DNA from: Clostridia bacterium
GTDB lineage: Bacteria; Bacillota; Clostridia; UBA1381; UBA9506
NCBI GenBank assembly: GCA_017415145.1
Contig: JAFQJE010000008.1
Coordinates: 3,771-67,770 of the forward strand
Direction of reading: 5' to 3'
Length of the DNA: 64,000 bases
Shown here one piece after another: positions 1 through 10,901 of this stretch. Made by a program: the position numbers and the translations under genes. Under the pieces are notes generated by a model. It searched no databases. It was given only the letters and a program-made list of their open reading frames with translations, and was not told where the DNA came from. Numbering within the stretch: the first letter of the stretch is position 1; every line of letters begins with the position of its first letter.

Positions 1-620
1 TCGCTAATTTCCTGTTTATCTGTTAGAACTTTACCAAAATACTCAGATAACTCATCAATATTCGGTTTTACGGCATAGGGCTTTTTCTCTATGGCAACTT
101 TAAGTGCTTCTCCGCTTGCATCAAGTACTGTTTTTATACCTTTTGCATTTGCTTTTTCTATACAATCAGCATAAAATTTTGTACTCACTCCATGAGGTAA
201 GCTTCCCGTAAGCACCAGAATTTCTGCATCGTCCAAAACTTTTTCTATGACCTTTTCAAGCTTTGTAATGTCTTCTTTGCTGACAGAAAATCCTTTTGAA
301 TTCGCCTCTGTCAGTGTTCCGTCTGATGAGTCAGCAAATTTATAGTTTATACGGGTATCCCCATCAACCTCAATAAAAGCATTTTCTATTCCTGATTTTT
401 TTAAAACCTGAGACAATTCCTCGGCTCTGTCTTTTCCGATAAAACCTGTTGCACAAACATCCATACCAAATGAGCTTGCAACTAATGACACGTTCAGACC
501 TTTTCCGCCCATTATTTCTATTTTATTTTTTACCCTGTTTGTTTTGGCTTTTGTAAAACTTTCAAACTCCAGCATTACATCTACTGAAGGATTGAGCATC
601 AATGTCACGATTTTTGCCAT
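1..620 (-). CDS. 1-phosphofructokinase / PfkB-family carbohydrate kinase (runs off the window edge)
   Basis: Not in the ORF track. Manual translation from ATG at 620 gives MAKIVTLMLNPSVDVML...MGGKGLNVSLVASSFG...GFIG...LTGSLP...LDASG, with the FruK/LacC N-terminal NPxxD and GGKGxNV motifs. RBS AAGGAAGAG follows the lon stop. Confidence 0.85.
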   Translation of the reverse strand, partial: MAKIVTLMLNPSVDVMLEFESFTKAKTNRVKNKIEIMGGKGLNVSLVASSFGMDVCATGFIGKDRAEELSQVLKKSGIENAFIEVDGDTRINYKFADSSDGTLTEANSKGFSVSKEDITKLEKVIEKVLDDAEILVLTGSLPHGVSTKFYADCIEKANAKGIKTVLDASGEALKVAIEKKPYAVKPNIDELSEYFGKVLTDKQEIS

Positions 621-632
621 ACATCTCTTCCT

Positions 633-2957
633 TTAATCGACGATTGCCACCTTTAAAACGTCATTCATATTTCTCGCAAGTACAATTTCTACATTTTCCT
701 TAACCACATTTTCAAGCTCATCAATATCCTTTTTGTTTTCAAAAGGAATTACGACTGTTTTAATTCCTGCCTGATGGGCGGCCAAAGTTTTTTCACGGAG
801 TCCGCCAATAGGCAGAACTCTCCCTCTGATAGTTATTTCACCTGTCATTGCAACCTTGTGATTTACTGCTTTGTTTGAAAGAGCAGAAACTAAAGCTGTT
901 GCAATGGTAATTCCCGCTGACGGTCCGTCCTTTGGGGTTGCACCCTCAGGAACGTGGATATGAATATCACAATTTTTATAAAATTCGCCGTCAATACCTA
1001 ATTTTTTGTAATTTGAACGCACATAGCTTACCGCAGCTTTTGCAGATTCTTTCATAACATCACCAAGCTGGCCTGTTAATTCAAGATTTCCTGTACCGTC
1101 CATAATGTTTACTTCAACAGACAACGTGTCACCGCCAACCTGTGTCCAGGCAAGTCCTGTTACTACACCGATTTCGTCCTTTTTGGAGGCAAAATCGTCT
1201 AAGAAAATTTCCTTACCCAAAAACTCCTCTAAATTTTTGTTTGTAACCTTTACCTGTGTTTCGGGATTATCAACTATTTTAAGTGCAGCTTTTCTTAATA
1301 CATTTGCAATTTTACGCTCTAATGTTCTTACGCCTGCTTCTTTTGTGTAATGGGCAATAATCCCCTTGATTGCACCGTCATTTACAGAAACATTCTTTTT
1401 TGTAAGCCCGTGTTTTTTAAGTTGCTTACCCAAAAGATGATTTTTCGCTATATTAAATTTTTCCTCAGATGTGTAGCCGGGAATTTCTATAATTTCCATT
1501 CTGTCTAATAAAGGTCTTGGGATTGTGTCCAATGTATTTGCAGTTGCAATAAATAAAACATTGGAAAGGTCAAAATCCACTTCCATAAAATGGTCACGGA
1601 ACTTTGTGTTCTGTTCTGCATCCAAAACCTCTAAAAGTGCAGCTGCCGGGTCTCCCCTGTAATCTGATGCCATTTTGTCAATTTCATCAAAAAGCATTAA
1701 GGGATTATTGGTACCTGCCTGTTTTAGTGCAGTTATAATTCTTCCGGGCATAGAACCTATATAGGTACGTCTGTGTCCACGAATATCAGCCTCATCACGG
1801 ATACCACCCAGAGAAATTCTTGCATAGCTTCTACCCATACTCTCAGCAATAGATTTCGCGATAGAGGTTTTACCTACTCCGGGAGGTCCAACAAGGCAAA
1901 GTATAGGGCCTGCCATAGAGCCTGTTATTTTTTTAACTGCCAGGTATTCCATTATACGCTCTTTTACTTCCTTTAAGCCATAATGGTCACGGTCTAAAAC
2001 CTCTTTGGCATTGGAAACCTCTAACGTATCCTTTGTGAAATTGTTCCATGGAAGATCACAAATCCACTCAAGGTATGTGCGGATAACATTGGCATCAGGA
2101 TTGTTTACTGACATTTTTGAAAGTCGTGACAATTCCTTTGCACACTTTTCAATGACATTTTCAGGAAGGTCTAGGCTATCTAACTTTTTCTTGTATTCGT
2201 CAACCTCAAATTCACTGTCATCACCCAATTCTTCGTGAATTACCTTGAGTTGCTCACGCAAGAAATATTCACGCTGATTTTTGTCTATATTCTTCTTTAC
2301 CTGTCTGTCAATTTTTGTGTCAACTTCTGCTATCTGAATTTCGCGAAGTAAAATTTCTAAAAGTCTTTCGGCACGTACTTTCGTATTTTCGATATTTAAA
2401 ATTTCCTGTTTGTCGGAAAGCTTTAAAGGCATATTTGAAGCGATACTGTCGACAAGGTGTGACGTGTTATTTGTATTGTCAAGCGACAACACAAATTCAC
2501 CACTTATTCTGTTGTTATAGTCGCGGTAATTCATGAACTCATCCACAATTTTACGGCGGAGAGCTTCGCTTTCAATGGAATTATCATCACTCATATCCTC
2601 TTCTATCTCATCAACCAATGATACAAAAAAAGGCTTCGTTTTTAACACTTCACATATTTTTGCACGCTTAATACCTTCAACAAGTACACGTACGGTATTG
2701 TTGGGCATTTTTACAACCTGACTTATTTTACATATTGTTCCCATTGTCTCAATATCTGCAGGCTTTGGATTTTCAATTGTAGGGTCGGTCTGCATGGTAA
2801 CAAACGCCATTTGCTTGTTTACCATGGCGTTTTCAAGTGCTAATAAAGACTTCTCTCTCACTATATCAAAATGAACCAGTGTATTGGGAAAAACCACCAT
2901 TCCACGCACTGCAAGTGTAGGCAGTGCCGATGTCTGTTTTATTAATGAATTTTCCAT
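633..2957 (-). CDS. lon: ATP-dependent Lon protease
   Basis: LON N-domain, Walker [23 protein letters not shown] and catalytic PKDGPSAG. Start moved to ATG 2957 (MENSL), which has a GGAGG RBS. Confidence 0.97.
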   Translation of the reverse strand: MENSLIKQTSALPTLAVRGMVVFPNTLVHFDIVREKSLLALENAMVNKQMAFVTMQTDPTIENPKPADIETMGTICKISQVVKMPNNTVRVLVEGIKRAKICEVLKTKPFFVSLVDEIEEDMSDDNSIESEALRRKIVDEFMNYRDYNNRISGEFVLSLDNTNNTSHLVDSIASNMPLKLSDKQEILNIENTKVRAERLLEILLREIQIAEVDTKIDRQVKKNIDKNQREYFLREQLKVIHEELGDDSEFEVDEYKKKLDSLDLPENVIEKCAKELSRLSKMSVNNPDANVIRTYLEWICDLPWNNFTKDTLEVSNAKEVLDRDHYGLKEVKERIMEYLAVKKITGSMAGPILCLVGPPGVGKTSIAKSIAESMGRSYARISLGGIRDEADIRGHRRTYIGSMPGRIITALKQAGTNNPLMLFDEIDKMASDYRGDPAAALLEVLDAEQNTKFRDHFMEVDFDLSNVLFIATANTLDTIPRPLLDRMEIIEIPGYTSEEKFNIAKNHLLGKQLKKHGLTKKNVSVNDGAIKGIIAHYTKEAGVRTLERKIANVLRKAALKIVDNPETQVKVTNKNLEEFLGKEIFLDDFASKKDEIGVVTGLAWTQVGGDTLSVEVNIMDGTGNLELTGQLGDVMKESAKAAVSYVRSNYKKLGIDGEFYKNCDIHIHVPEGATPKDGPSAGITIATALVSALSNKAVNHKVAMTGEITIRGRVLPIGGLREKTLAAHQAGIKTVVIPFENKKDIDELENVVKENVEIVLARNMNDVLKVAIVD

Positions 2958-2982
2958 TTTTACCTCCGAAAAATTGACAATA

Positions 2983-3768
2983 CTAAAATTTATTCCATAC
3001 GTCTGTGTTTTTGTCAGTAACACAGATGTCTATATCTTTTTCAAATTCTTTTTTAAGCAATTCCGCCAAATAGTCACAGAACATAATTTCTGCATTGTAA
3101 TGAGGAACGTCTATTAAAGCCATATGGTTTTCATAGGCAAATCTAGCATGATGATATTTAAAATCACCCGATACAAAGAGGTCACATCCTGCCTCATGAG
3201 CCGCATATACAAAATCCGCCCCACCGCCGTTACATACAGCAATTTTAGAAATTTTTGTATCGGCTTTACCTACATAACGCACTACATCAACTGAAAATTC
3301 AGCTTTTACTTTTTTTAATATTTCACTAAGAGTTGTTTCAGCTTTTAATTCCCCAATTCTTCCTGAACCGTTCTCGCAATCGCCCTCAATAGCACATCTA
3401 TTCTCAGTATTTGCAATTTTGTCTAAAAATAAATCACAAAGTCCTGATTTTACTCCGTCAAAATTCGTATGTACCGACACAAGAGAAATGTCATTCTTTA
3501 TAAGTTCTATAACTGTACGAGATACCGAATCATCACTTACTACTCTTTTTAAAGGCTTAAAAATAAGGGGATGATGTGAAATTACAAGGTCACAGCCACG
3601 GAGTTTTGCGTCTTCTACTACATTTTCATCAGCATCTAAAGTGATTAAAACTTTGTTTATCTCTTTGTCCTTATCGCCAACCAAAAGTCCCACATTGTCA
3701 TAGTCTTCTGCAAGGCATAGGGGTGCAAAAGAATTTAAAAACTCGACTATTTTATTTAATTTTACCAT
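2983..3768 (-). CDS. Nif3-like dinuclear metal center hexameric protein (YqfO/YbgI family)
   Basis: AEDYDNVGLLVG, SHHPLIF, HTNFD and GDFKYH motifs; follows trmK as in many Firmicutes. Confidence 0.93.
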   Translation of the reverse strand: MVKLNKIVEFLNSFAPLCLAEDYDNVGLLVGDKDKEINKVLITLDADENVVEDAKLRGCDLVISHHPLIFKPLKRVVSDDSVSRTVIELIKNDISLVSVHTNFDGVKSGLCDLFLDKIANTENRCAIEGDCENGSGRIGELKAETTLSEILKKVKAEFSVDVVRYVGKADTKISKIAVCNGGGADFVYAAHEAGCDLFVSGDFKYHHARFAYENHMALIDVPHYNAEIMFCDYLAELLKKEFEKDIDICVTDKNTDVWNKF

Positions 3769-4472
3769 TTTCTACACTCCTCCTGCAGTTTTTTAAGTTC
3801 TGAAATAAGAAATGCGAAATGCTCCTGCTTTTCCTTTATTTCAGGGGATGTGGAATTTTTCATAGATGAAGTAGCCTTTTCGTATTCGTAAATTTTTCCC
3901 GATATTAGTTCAGGTAATATTTTATCCTGTTTTTTTATAAGGTGCTTTCCAATTAGTAAGTTTATTTCATTTTCTATTATCATTTTGCCCCGTTCTGCAC
4001 AAATAACGGTGTAAATCTTTTCGTCTTCTTTTGCAAGCGTTTCATCCACAATATTAAAGCCGTTTTCTGCTAAGTATTTTCTTGTTTCTTCAATAGCTGT
4101 CATAGGCTGCAAAATGTATCTTTTTACAGAAGTCAATCTGTCTTTATGACTTTCTACAATACTGTTTATAAGTATTCCACCCATACCTGCAATTACTACT
4201 GTATCTACCTCATTATCGCATAGCTTTTCCAGTCCGTCGGAAAGTCTTGTCTTTATCTTATCTGAAAGATTAAATCTCTTTATATTCTCATCAGCGCGCG
4301 TAAGCGGTCCTTCGTTAATATCCATTGCAATCGCAGATTCTGCTCTCTTTTTTTCTACAAGATAAACAGGAACATAGGCATGGTCTGTTCCGATGTCTGC
4401 CAAACTTTTACAATCGCCAACCATATCAGCAACGGCCAAAAGCCTTGGAGTCATAAAGGAATCAATATTCAT
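3762..4472 (-). CDS. trmK: tRNA (adenine(22)-N1)-methyltransferase
   Basis: LADIGTDHAYVP, RLSDGL, IAGMGG and ILQPM motifs. Start at ATG 4472 behind GGAGG. Confidence 0.93.
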   Translation of the reverse strand: MNIDSFMTPRLLAVADMVGDCKSLADIGTDHAYVPVYLVEKKRAESAIAMDINEGPLTRADENIKRFNLSDKIKTRLSDGLEKLCDNEVDTVVIAGMGGILINSIVESHKDRLTSVKRYILQPMTAIEETRKYLAENGFNIVDETLAKEDEKIYTVICAERGKMIIENEINLLIGKHLIKKQDKILPELISGKIYEYEKATSSMKNSTSPEIKEKQEHFAFLISELKKLQEECRKW

Positions 4473-4630
4473 TTTTGACCACACCTCCCCATTAAACAAT
4501 ATAAAATAGTATATCATAATTTAAAAAAAGTGTCAACAACAGGGAAATTTGTGAAAATTTAATATTTACTTTTTTATTTTGTTATGTTATTATTAAAAAC
4601 AGAATTCATTAGTTTTGCAAGGAGGTCTAT

Positions 4631-5569
4631 ATGTATAACAACGAGCAACTACCCCACGCATGGGACGAGCTTATAGATAAACTTACCTATATGCCCGCAA
4701 TAGTAAAAACAATCGAAAAAATTTATGATGTAAACTGGTCCATGACTGTAAACAGGCACGACCACTTTGAAATGGTCTATATAAAAAAAGGTAACGCAAT
4801 ATTTCAGATAGAGGGCATAGACGTTAACATGCCTCCTCACTCAATCATCATTATAAAGCCCGGACGTGCCCACAAATTTATTGTAAAATCCGATGTTTGC
4901 GAGCTGATAGTTTTAAGCTTTACATTTAAGTCTCAGAAAAATGATGCAGAAAACCATGTGTCGCTGACAGATTTTGTAGAATATATTGAAGACGATGCAA
5001 CAGGCGACTATCTGTTCCTTTCTCTGAGCAAGAAGAATGATATAATTCACGTTATGAACAGAATTTTAAGAGAACGTATAAAAACTCAGGTTTGGGGTGA
5101 TTTTTTAAGTTGTCTTTTAGTTATCGAGCTTTTTGTTCTACTTTCAAGAACCTTAAAACAGGAATGGGAGCAAAGTGCAAAAAACCGAAATTTAAAGTTG
5201 CATGAGCTATTAAATATTGCAAAGGAATACATTGACAATAACTATGACAAAGACTTAACCCTTACTCAGGTTGCAAAATATATTTATCTGTCCGACAGTT
5301 ATTTTGCACATTCATTTAAAGATAAATTCGGTATAAGTCCAAAAAGTTATATATTAAAGGTAAGAATTGAGGCAGCAAAAGAATATCTTAAAAATACTGA
5401 TACAAAGGTTGCAGAAGTAGCAAAAATAGTAGGATTTTCCAGCCAGCAGCGTTTTAATGACATCTTTAAAAAGCATGAAAATATAACACCGCTAAACTTT
5501 CGTCAGATGTGTAAATTAGAACGCATGAATTATAATGAATATCCGCAGACAGTAAGTACAGAAGGTTAA
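4631..5569 (+). CDS. AraC-family transcriptional regulator with N-terminal cupin domain
   Basis: Cupin motif (HDHFEMVYIKKG...PGRAH) and C-terminal double HTH (LSDSYFAHSFK...GFSSQQRFNDIFKK...TP); GGAGG RBS. Confidence 0.92.
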   Translation: MYNNEQLPHAWDELIDKLTYMPAIVKTIEKIYDVNWSMTVNRHDHFEMVYIKKGNAIFQIEGIDVNMPPHSIIIIKPGRAHKFIVKSDVCELIVLSFTFKSQKNDAENHVSLTDFVEYIEDDATGDYLFLSLSKKNDIIHVMNRILRERIKTQVWGDFLSCLLVIELFVLLSRTLKQEWEQSAKNRNLKLHELLNIAKEYIDNNYDKDLTLTQVAKYIYLSDSYFAHSFKDKFGISPKSYILKVRIEAAKEYLKNTDTKVAEVAKIVGFSSQQRFNDIFKKHENITPLNFRQMCKLERMNYNEYPQTVSTEG

Positions 5570-5600
5570 AAGGGATGTAGCAACGCTACATCCCTTTTTT
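5568..5600. terminator. Bidirectional intrinsic terminator
   Basis: AAAAGGGATGTAGC-AAC-GCTACATCCCTTTTTT between convergent genes. Confidence 0.85.
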
Positions 5601-5603
5601 AGA

Positions 5604-5753
5604 TTAATACTGGTTTCTGTTCTGGTTGTTGTTCTGGTTATTTTTGTTCTCATTTCTGTTCTGGTTGTTGTTCTGATTGTTTTTGTTTTCGTTTCTGTTC
5701 TGATTGTTGTTCTGATTCTGGTTGTTGTTCTGATTTCTGTTTTTGTTTTCCAT
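5604..5753 (-). CDS. Small Asn/Gln-rich repeat protein (49 aa)
   Basis: Not in the ORF track. Manual translation: MENKNRNQNNNQNQNNNQNRNENKNNQNNNQNRNENKNNQNNNQNRNQY*. GGAGG RBS at 5759-5763, synonymous codon variation between repeat units, and stop immediately before the terminator. Confidence 0.8.
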   Translation of the reverse strand: MENKNRNQNNNQNQNNNQNRNENKNNQNNNQNRNENKNNQNNNQNRNQY

Positions 5754-5804
5754 AATATCCTCCAGCTAAATTGAGAAATTAATTTATGAGCTACGGCTCA
5801 TACT

Positions 5805-5833
5805 TATTATCTGCAAAATGGTCAGAGTTATTC
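5805..5833 (-). promoter_or_regulatory. Putative forespore (sigma-G/sigma-F-like) promoter for the N/Q peptide
   Basis: GAATA-N17-GATAATA resembles the sigma-G consensus GHATR-N17/18-CATWHTA. A palindrome TATGAGC-N4-GCTCATA lies at 5785-5802. Confidence 0.45.
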
Positions 5834-5841
5834 AAATAAGA

Positions 5842-7116
5842 TTATTTTTTATTAAACAAAATCAAATCTATAAAATCATCATTGGTCTTTGTGCGTATAA
5901 GATCCGAAATCAAACTCTCCGTAACATCCTGTGTAGTTTGATTAGAAAGTTCACGTCTTATTGTCCATACGGCTTCTAATTCACGCTGTCCCTGTAGGAG
6001 TTCTTCTTTTCTTGTACCTGACTTATTTATATCTATTGCAGGAAAAATTCTCTTCTCTTGTAATTTTCTGTCTAAATGAAGCTCCATATTTCCCGTACCT
6101 TTAAATTCTTCAAATATAACTTCATCCATCCTGCTGCCTGTTTCAACAAGTGCCGTCGCAAGAATGGTCAAACTTCCTCCGTTTTCAATGTTTCTTGCAG
6201 CACCAAAGAATTTTTTAGGCTTATGAAGTGCTGCAGGGTCTAAACCGCCTGATAAAGTTCTTCCTGATGGAGGAACTGTTAAGTTGTATGCTCTTGCAAG
6301 TCTTGTTATAGAATCTAAAAGCACCACAACGTCTTTGTTTTGTTCAACAAGTCTTTGTGCTCTCTCTAAAACTATTTCTGCCACTTTTGCGTGGTGTTCA
6401 GGAACCTGGTCAAATGTTGAATATACCACATCACCTTTTATTGAACGCTTCATGTCCGTAACTTCTTCAGGCCTTTCGTCAATTAAAAGAACAATTAATG
6501 TTACTTCAGGGTGGTTTTCTTCTATATTATTGGCTATATTTTTTAAAAGTGTTGTTTTACCTGCCTTGGGAGGAGCAACAATCAGTCCTCTCTGCCCTTT
6601 TCCAATAGGTGCTAACAAGTCTACAAGACGCATAGCAAAATCTCTTTGATTTGTAGCCAAACGGATTCTTTCCTGAGGGAAAATTGGTGTAAGGTATTCA
6701 AAGGGCTTTCTACGGATCGCTTTATCTGGTGTGTCATCGTTAACATGCTGAACGTAGATTAGTGCAGGAAATTTTTCCTCCTCTTTTGGCGGTCTTGCAA
6801 TGCCCGAAACTTTATCACCTGTTTTTAAATTAAAACGTCTTATTTGCGTAGGCGATACATACACATCTTTTGGAGTTGAAAGGTAATTTTCTCCCCTCAA
6901 AAAACCAAATCCATTTTCAGGAAGCACTTCTAAAACGCCTTCAACTAAATTGTCGCCTTCGTTTAATGTTAGTTCTTTTTTAGTTTCCGTACTTTCATTT
7001 GTATTATTCTCTATTTCCTTAATAAGCTCGTCTTTTTTAAGCTTTGCAATATTTTTAATTCCCAAAGCTTTTGCCTCATCACGCAATTCTGAGATTTTTT
7101 TTGATGCTAAATCCAT
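5842..7116 (-). CDS. rho: Transcription termination factor Rho
   Basis: [50 protein letters not shown] and [13 protein letters not shown]. Start at ATG 7116 (MDLASK) behind GGAGG. Confidence 0.98.
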   Translation of the reverse strand: MDLASKKISELRDEAKALGIKNIAKLKKDELIKEIENNTNESTETKKELTLNEGDNLVEGVLEVLPENGFGFLRGENYLSTPKDVYVSPTQIRRFNLKTGDKVSGIARPPKEEEKFPALIYVQHVNDDTPDKAIRRKPFEYLTPIFPQERIRLATNQRDFAMRLVDLLAPIGKGQRGLIVAPPKAGKTTLLKNIANNIEENHPEVTLIVLLIDERPEEVTDMKRSIKGDVVYSTFDQVPEHHAKVAEIVLERAQRLVEQNKDVVVLLDSITRLARAYNLTVPPSGRTLSGGLDPAALHKPKKFFGAARNIENGGSLTILATALVETGSRMDEVIFEEFKGTGNMELHLDRKLQEKRIFPAIDINKSGTRKEELLQGQRELEAVWTIRRELSNQTTQDVTESLISDLIRTKTNDDFIDLILFNKK

Positions 7117-7169
7117 AAAATGCCTCCGATATAAATTTTTTGTTTTTTTTGGGGAAATTTGTAAGAAAA

Positions 7170-7207
7170 AAGTTAGCCGCAGTGCAAAATGCACTGCGGT
7201 ATTTTTT
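7170..7207 (-). terminator. Intrinsic terminator/attenuator between ilvE and rho
   Basis: Stem CCGCAGTGCA-AAA-TGCACTGCGG, followed by a U-rich tract on the minus strand. Confidence 0.65.
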
Positions 7208-7216
7208 GAATTAAAA

Positions 7217-8281
7217 TTATTTGATTCTGTAAGTAAATCCGAATTTATCTTCTACTGTACCCTTCTGGATACCTGTAATTGTGTCGTATAAGAACTGTGA
7301 AACCTTGCCGATTTCGTTGTTGTTTATAATCATCTTTTCACCACGGAAGCAAAGTTCACCAACGGGAGAAATTACAGCCGCTGTACCTGTGCCGAATACT
7401 TCTTCGAGCTTACCTTCTTTGTACGCTTCAACGATTTCATCAATTGAAACTTTTCTCTCTGAAGCATTATAACCATAAGCTGTTAATACTTTTAATACAG
7501 AGTCTCTTGTGATACCTGCCAAGATACTTCCGTTTAACTCAGGTGTTACAACTTCGTCACCGATTTTGAAGAAGATGTTCATAGCACCAACTTCTTCGAT
7601 GTATTTTCTTTCTACACCGTCAAGCCAGAGAACCTGTGAATATCCTTTTTCTGATGACACAGCCTGAGCCTTTAAGCTTGCTGCATAGTTACCTGCAGTT
7701 TTAGCGAAGCCCATGCCGCCACGAACTGCACGTACATAATCGTCCTCAACCCAAATTTTAACAGGAGCAAGTCCATCTTTATAGTATGAACCAACAGGGC
7801 TTAAAATTACTACAAATTTATATGTATGAGAAGGATGAACACCCAACATATTATCTGTACCAAAGATAAAAGGACGGATATAAAGTGATGTACCCTCACC
7901 TTCAGGAATCCAATCCTGATCCAATAATACCAACTGTTTGATTGCTTCTACTGCAAATGCTTCATCAATCTGAGGAATACAAAGTCTGTCATTTGACTGA
8001 TTAATTCTTGCCATATTTCTTTCAGGTCTGTAAAGGAAAATTTCACCATTTGCTCCCTTATAAGCCTTTAAACCTTCAAAAATTGCCTGACCGTAATGAA
8101 GTGTTGTACATGCAGGTTCTATCTCAAAAGGACCATAAGGTACTATTCTTGCATCATACCAGCCTTTTTCATCGCTATAGTCCATTACAAACATATGGTC
8201 AGTAAAATATTTACCAAAACCAAGAGCCGAAGCATCAGGCTTTGTTTTAGGTGTTGTGGTTTTTGTTACTTTGATTTCCAT
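7217..8281 (-). CDS. ilvE: Branched-chain amino acid aminotransferase
   Basis: [44 protein letters not shown] and [10 protein letters not shown]. Start at ATG 8281 behind GGAGG. Confidence 0.96.
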   Translation of the reverse strand: MEIKVTKTTTPKTKPDASALGFGKYFTDHMFVMDYSDEKGWYDARIVPYGPFEIEPACTTLHYGQAIFEGLKAYKGANGEIFLYRPERNMARINQSNDRLCIPQIDEAFAVEAIKQLVLLDQDWIPEGEGTSLYIRPFIFGTDNMLGVHPSHTYKFVVILSPVGSYYKDGLAPVKIWVEDDYVRAVRGGMGFAKTAGNYAASLKAQAVSSEKGYSQVLWLDGVERKYIEEVGAMNIFFKIGDEVVTPELNGSILAGITRDSVLKVLTAYGYNASERKVSIDEIVEAYKEGKLEEVFGTGTAAVISPVGELCFRGEKMIINNNEIGKVSQFLYDTITGIQKGTVEDKFGFTYRIK

Positions 8282-8337
8282 AATACTGCCTCCAAAAAAT
8301 TCATTAAGTGAAATTGTAACACATTTTCTGTTTTGTG

Positions 8338-9000
8338 TCAATCTTTATAGACAAAATCTAAAAAAACGTTATTATTATACATGATTTTAGCAAATTCCGA
8401 TTGTTTTACTGCTTTTGCCGCAAAATTATCGGAATTGAAATGTGCCGATAATGTAATTACTGCCAACAAGAGATACACTATAAAAAAGCCTCTGATAAAC
8501 CCGAACAGAACACCTAGCATTCTGTCGCTCCATCCTATCAACGGTAACTTTTTTATAAGTCCTGCTATAAACACAACTAAAAAAATTAACAGTCTTGCAA
8601 TAAGAAAAACCGCCAGCATGCTGACTATTTTCACTGCAGAATCTGCTACACTTTCTGAAATTGATGTAGCTATATCTTCTTTAGTTTCGTTGGCACTTTT
8701 TTGAATTTGCTTTAAAAAGTTTCTGGGAAGATTAAGAGTTCCCGCACCATAATCTGATATTTTATCGCTCTCTACATCAGGAGGTGCTATATGTTCACCC
8801 ACGTTTTCATAAACTGTTTCATATACGGGTGTGCTTTTTATAAAGTTTTCCATATGAGGATACAGTGCAACTGCAAGAATCAAGGACAAAACAATTGATA
8901 AAACACCGGTTATGGTTTTTAAAAATCCCTTTTTATATCCTAAATAAGTGGACAAAACCATCAGTATAAGCACCAATAAATCTATGTAATTTATACTCAT
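8338..9000 (-). CDS. CvpA (colicin V production) family membrane protein
   Basis: NYIDLLVL...GYKKGF...[13 protein letters not shown] pattern with several TM helices. Confidence 0.85.
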   Translation of the reverse strand: MSINYIDLLVLILMVLSTYLGYKKGFLKTITGVLSIVLSLILAVALYPHMENFIKSTPVYETVYENVGEHIAPPDVESDKISDYGAGTLNLPRNFLKQIQKSANETKEDIATSISESVADSAVKIVSMLAVFLIARLLIFLVVFIAGLIKKLPLIGWSDRMLGVLFGFIRGFFIVYLLLAVITLSAHFNSDNFAAKAVKQSEFAKIMYNNNVFLDFVYKD

Positions 9001-9014
9001 TAACTACTCTCCTG

Positions 9015-10142
9015 TCAGTTAATATTAAACATATAGGCACCGTGGGCAGTAAAGCCGATAGCCTTAGAGGAATTTCCCATAAAGCACAAATCGTCAACAT
9101 CTACACCCGGGTCAATCAACGCCTTTTCTCTGCCTTTATAGTTTATTACACTGATAAGACCGCCTCTGTCAATGGCTATAACATCATCAGCAATGTCAAG
9201 ATAGCCTATATCGTAGTCGTATTCAAATGTTCCTATCTTTTTACCTGTTTCTGTATATGATTCAATATTATAACGCTTTCCTGTTAGGGTTGATTCTAAA
9301 AAGGCCATAACAATACCGCTATTATTTACTTCGTATGTTATTACAGATTTTCCGCTATATAAAATCTCGCTCTTTTTATCTCCTGAAACTTTGTACACTA
9401 AAGTTTTTGAATCGCCTATACAATATACGTAATTTCCGTTTACAGTAAGTGCTGATATCAGTTCTCCCTCGTAACTTTCAGTTGCTACTGCTTCTGATTT
9501 TGATACGTTGTAGAAATTAAGAACAGACTTCATCACACCATCCTTTGTGTCAACAGCAGATACAACAATGTTTTTATTATTTTCTGCAATTACAGCATTT
9601 AACACAAGCATATTACCTGAATCCCAAACGAATACTTCCTCACCCTTAGTGTTGTAAGCAATGACATTACGTTTTCCCATATCGCCTTCCGTTACTGCAA
9701 CACAAAAACCTGATGAGTTTACCGAAAAGTTTTTAATCCTACCTTTTGTTGCAATAGTCTGCTTAATCTGTGTATCTTTTATTATGTAGATGTTATTTCC
9801 GTCCATATCCCCAACTATTACGTATTTACCCTGTGATTTTGAAACAGAGTTTGACGTTCCGATAGGAAGTTCTTCCCTTTTTGAACCTTTAGAGTCCGCC
9901 ACGATTACTTTATCGGTACCTACGAAATAAATATATTTGTCAGTTACTATGTGACTGTATTTACTTTCGCTATCCAGAGTTACTTCTATCTGCTGACCTT
10001 TTTTCTGACTGGTCTCAGAAAGCGCAGGTGGTTTATAACCGAAAAATTCTACTGCAACTTCACGCACAACAAACATTACTACCAGTATTACCGCAACTAC
10101 TATAACAGACAGTATAATTTTCTTAAAAACCGTATTTTTCAT
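9015..10142 (-). CDS. Membrane-anchored extracellular beta-propeller-like protein (DUF5711-like)
   Basis: Single N-terminal TM helix followed by repeated short beta-strand blades. Confidence 0.6.
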   Translation of the reverse strand: MKNTVFKKIILSVIVVAVILVVMFVVREVAVEFFGYKPPALSETSQKKGQQIEVTLDSESKYSHIVTDKYIYFVGTDKVIVADSKGSKREELPIGTSNSVSKSQGKYVIVGDMDGNNIYIIKDTQIKQTIATKGRIKNFSVNSSGFCVAVTEGDMGKRNVIAYNTKGEEVFVWDSGNMLVLNAVIAENNKNIVVSAVDTKDGVMKSVLNFYNVSKSEAVATESYEGELISALTVNGNYVYCIGDSKTLVYKVSGDKKSEILYSGKSVITYEVNNSGIVMAFLESTLTGKRYNIESYTETGKKIGTFEYDYDIGYLDIADDVIAIDRGGLISVINYKGREKALIDPGVDVDDLCFMGNSSKAIGFTAHGAYMFNIN

Positions 10143-10151
10143 AGCTTCCTC

Positions 10152-10889
10152 CTAATATTCAATCTCATAAAGCATCAGACCCTCGGGGGGTGCAGTGATG
10201 CCCGCTTTTTTTCGTTCTTTTGAAAGTATTATGTCAGGAATGTCCTCTGATTTTAAATATCCTCTTCCTACGCTCAGTATAGTTCCCGCTATAATTCTCA
10301 CCATGTTATATAAAAAGCCGTCACCTTTGATTGTCATAGTAATAATGTCATTTTCCAAAGATAAGCTACATTCATATATCGTACGCTCGAAAGTTTTTGC
10401 CTGTCCTCCCTTTGACATAAATGCAGAAAAATCGTGCTTGCCCAAAAAATGTTGGGGGCATTTCTGCATTTCTTCAAAATCCAAAGGATAACGAAATCTC
10501 CAAACATAAGGTTTTTTGAACACATCACCGTATTTTGACACATCAATGCGGTATATGTATGTCTTGGACTTTGCACTGTAACGGGAGTGAAATTCCTCAT
10601 CACAGTCCTCAATGGATTTTACCTTTATTCCTTCGGGCAAAATTGCATTTACTCCAAGCATAAGTCTCTCATTTTCAATATCTGTATCAAAAAAAGAATG
10701 TGCCACATAATTATAGGCATGAACTCCCGCATCTGTACGACTGGCCCCCACCATTTCTACAGGTTGTCTTAAAATCACAGAAAACGCTTTTTCTACTTCT
10801 TCCTGAACTGTTACAGCGTTTTTTTGTATCTGCCACCCCGAAAAGGTAGAACCGTTATACATAAGAGTAATTTTATGATTCTGGCTCAT
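10152..10889 (-). CDS. truA: tRNA pseudouridine(38-40) synthase
   Basis: FSGWQIQ, GASRTDAGVHA, GKHDFSAF, GFLYNMVR and TAPPEGL. Confidence 0.96.
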   Translation of the reverse strand: MSQNHKITLMYNGSTFSGWQIQKNAVTVQEEVEKAFSVILRQPVEMVGASRTDAGVHAYNYVAHSFFDTDIENERLMLGVNAILPEGIKVKSIEDCDEEFHSRYSAKSKTYIYRIDVSKYGDVFKKPYVWRFRYPLDFEEMQKCPQHFLGKHDFSAFMSKGGQAKTFERTIYECSLSLENDIITMTIKGDGFLYNMVRIIAGTILSVGRGYLKSEDIPDIILSKERKKAGITAPPEGLMLYEIEY

Positions 10890-10901
10890 ACTGCCTCCAA
10901 A

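Noticed and set aside
5610-5750. Repeat tract as a CRISPR array or non-coding microsatellite
   Set aside because: No unique spacers and no cas genes; the repeats keep codon phase in an ORF with an RBS.
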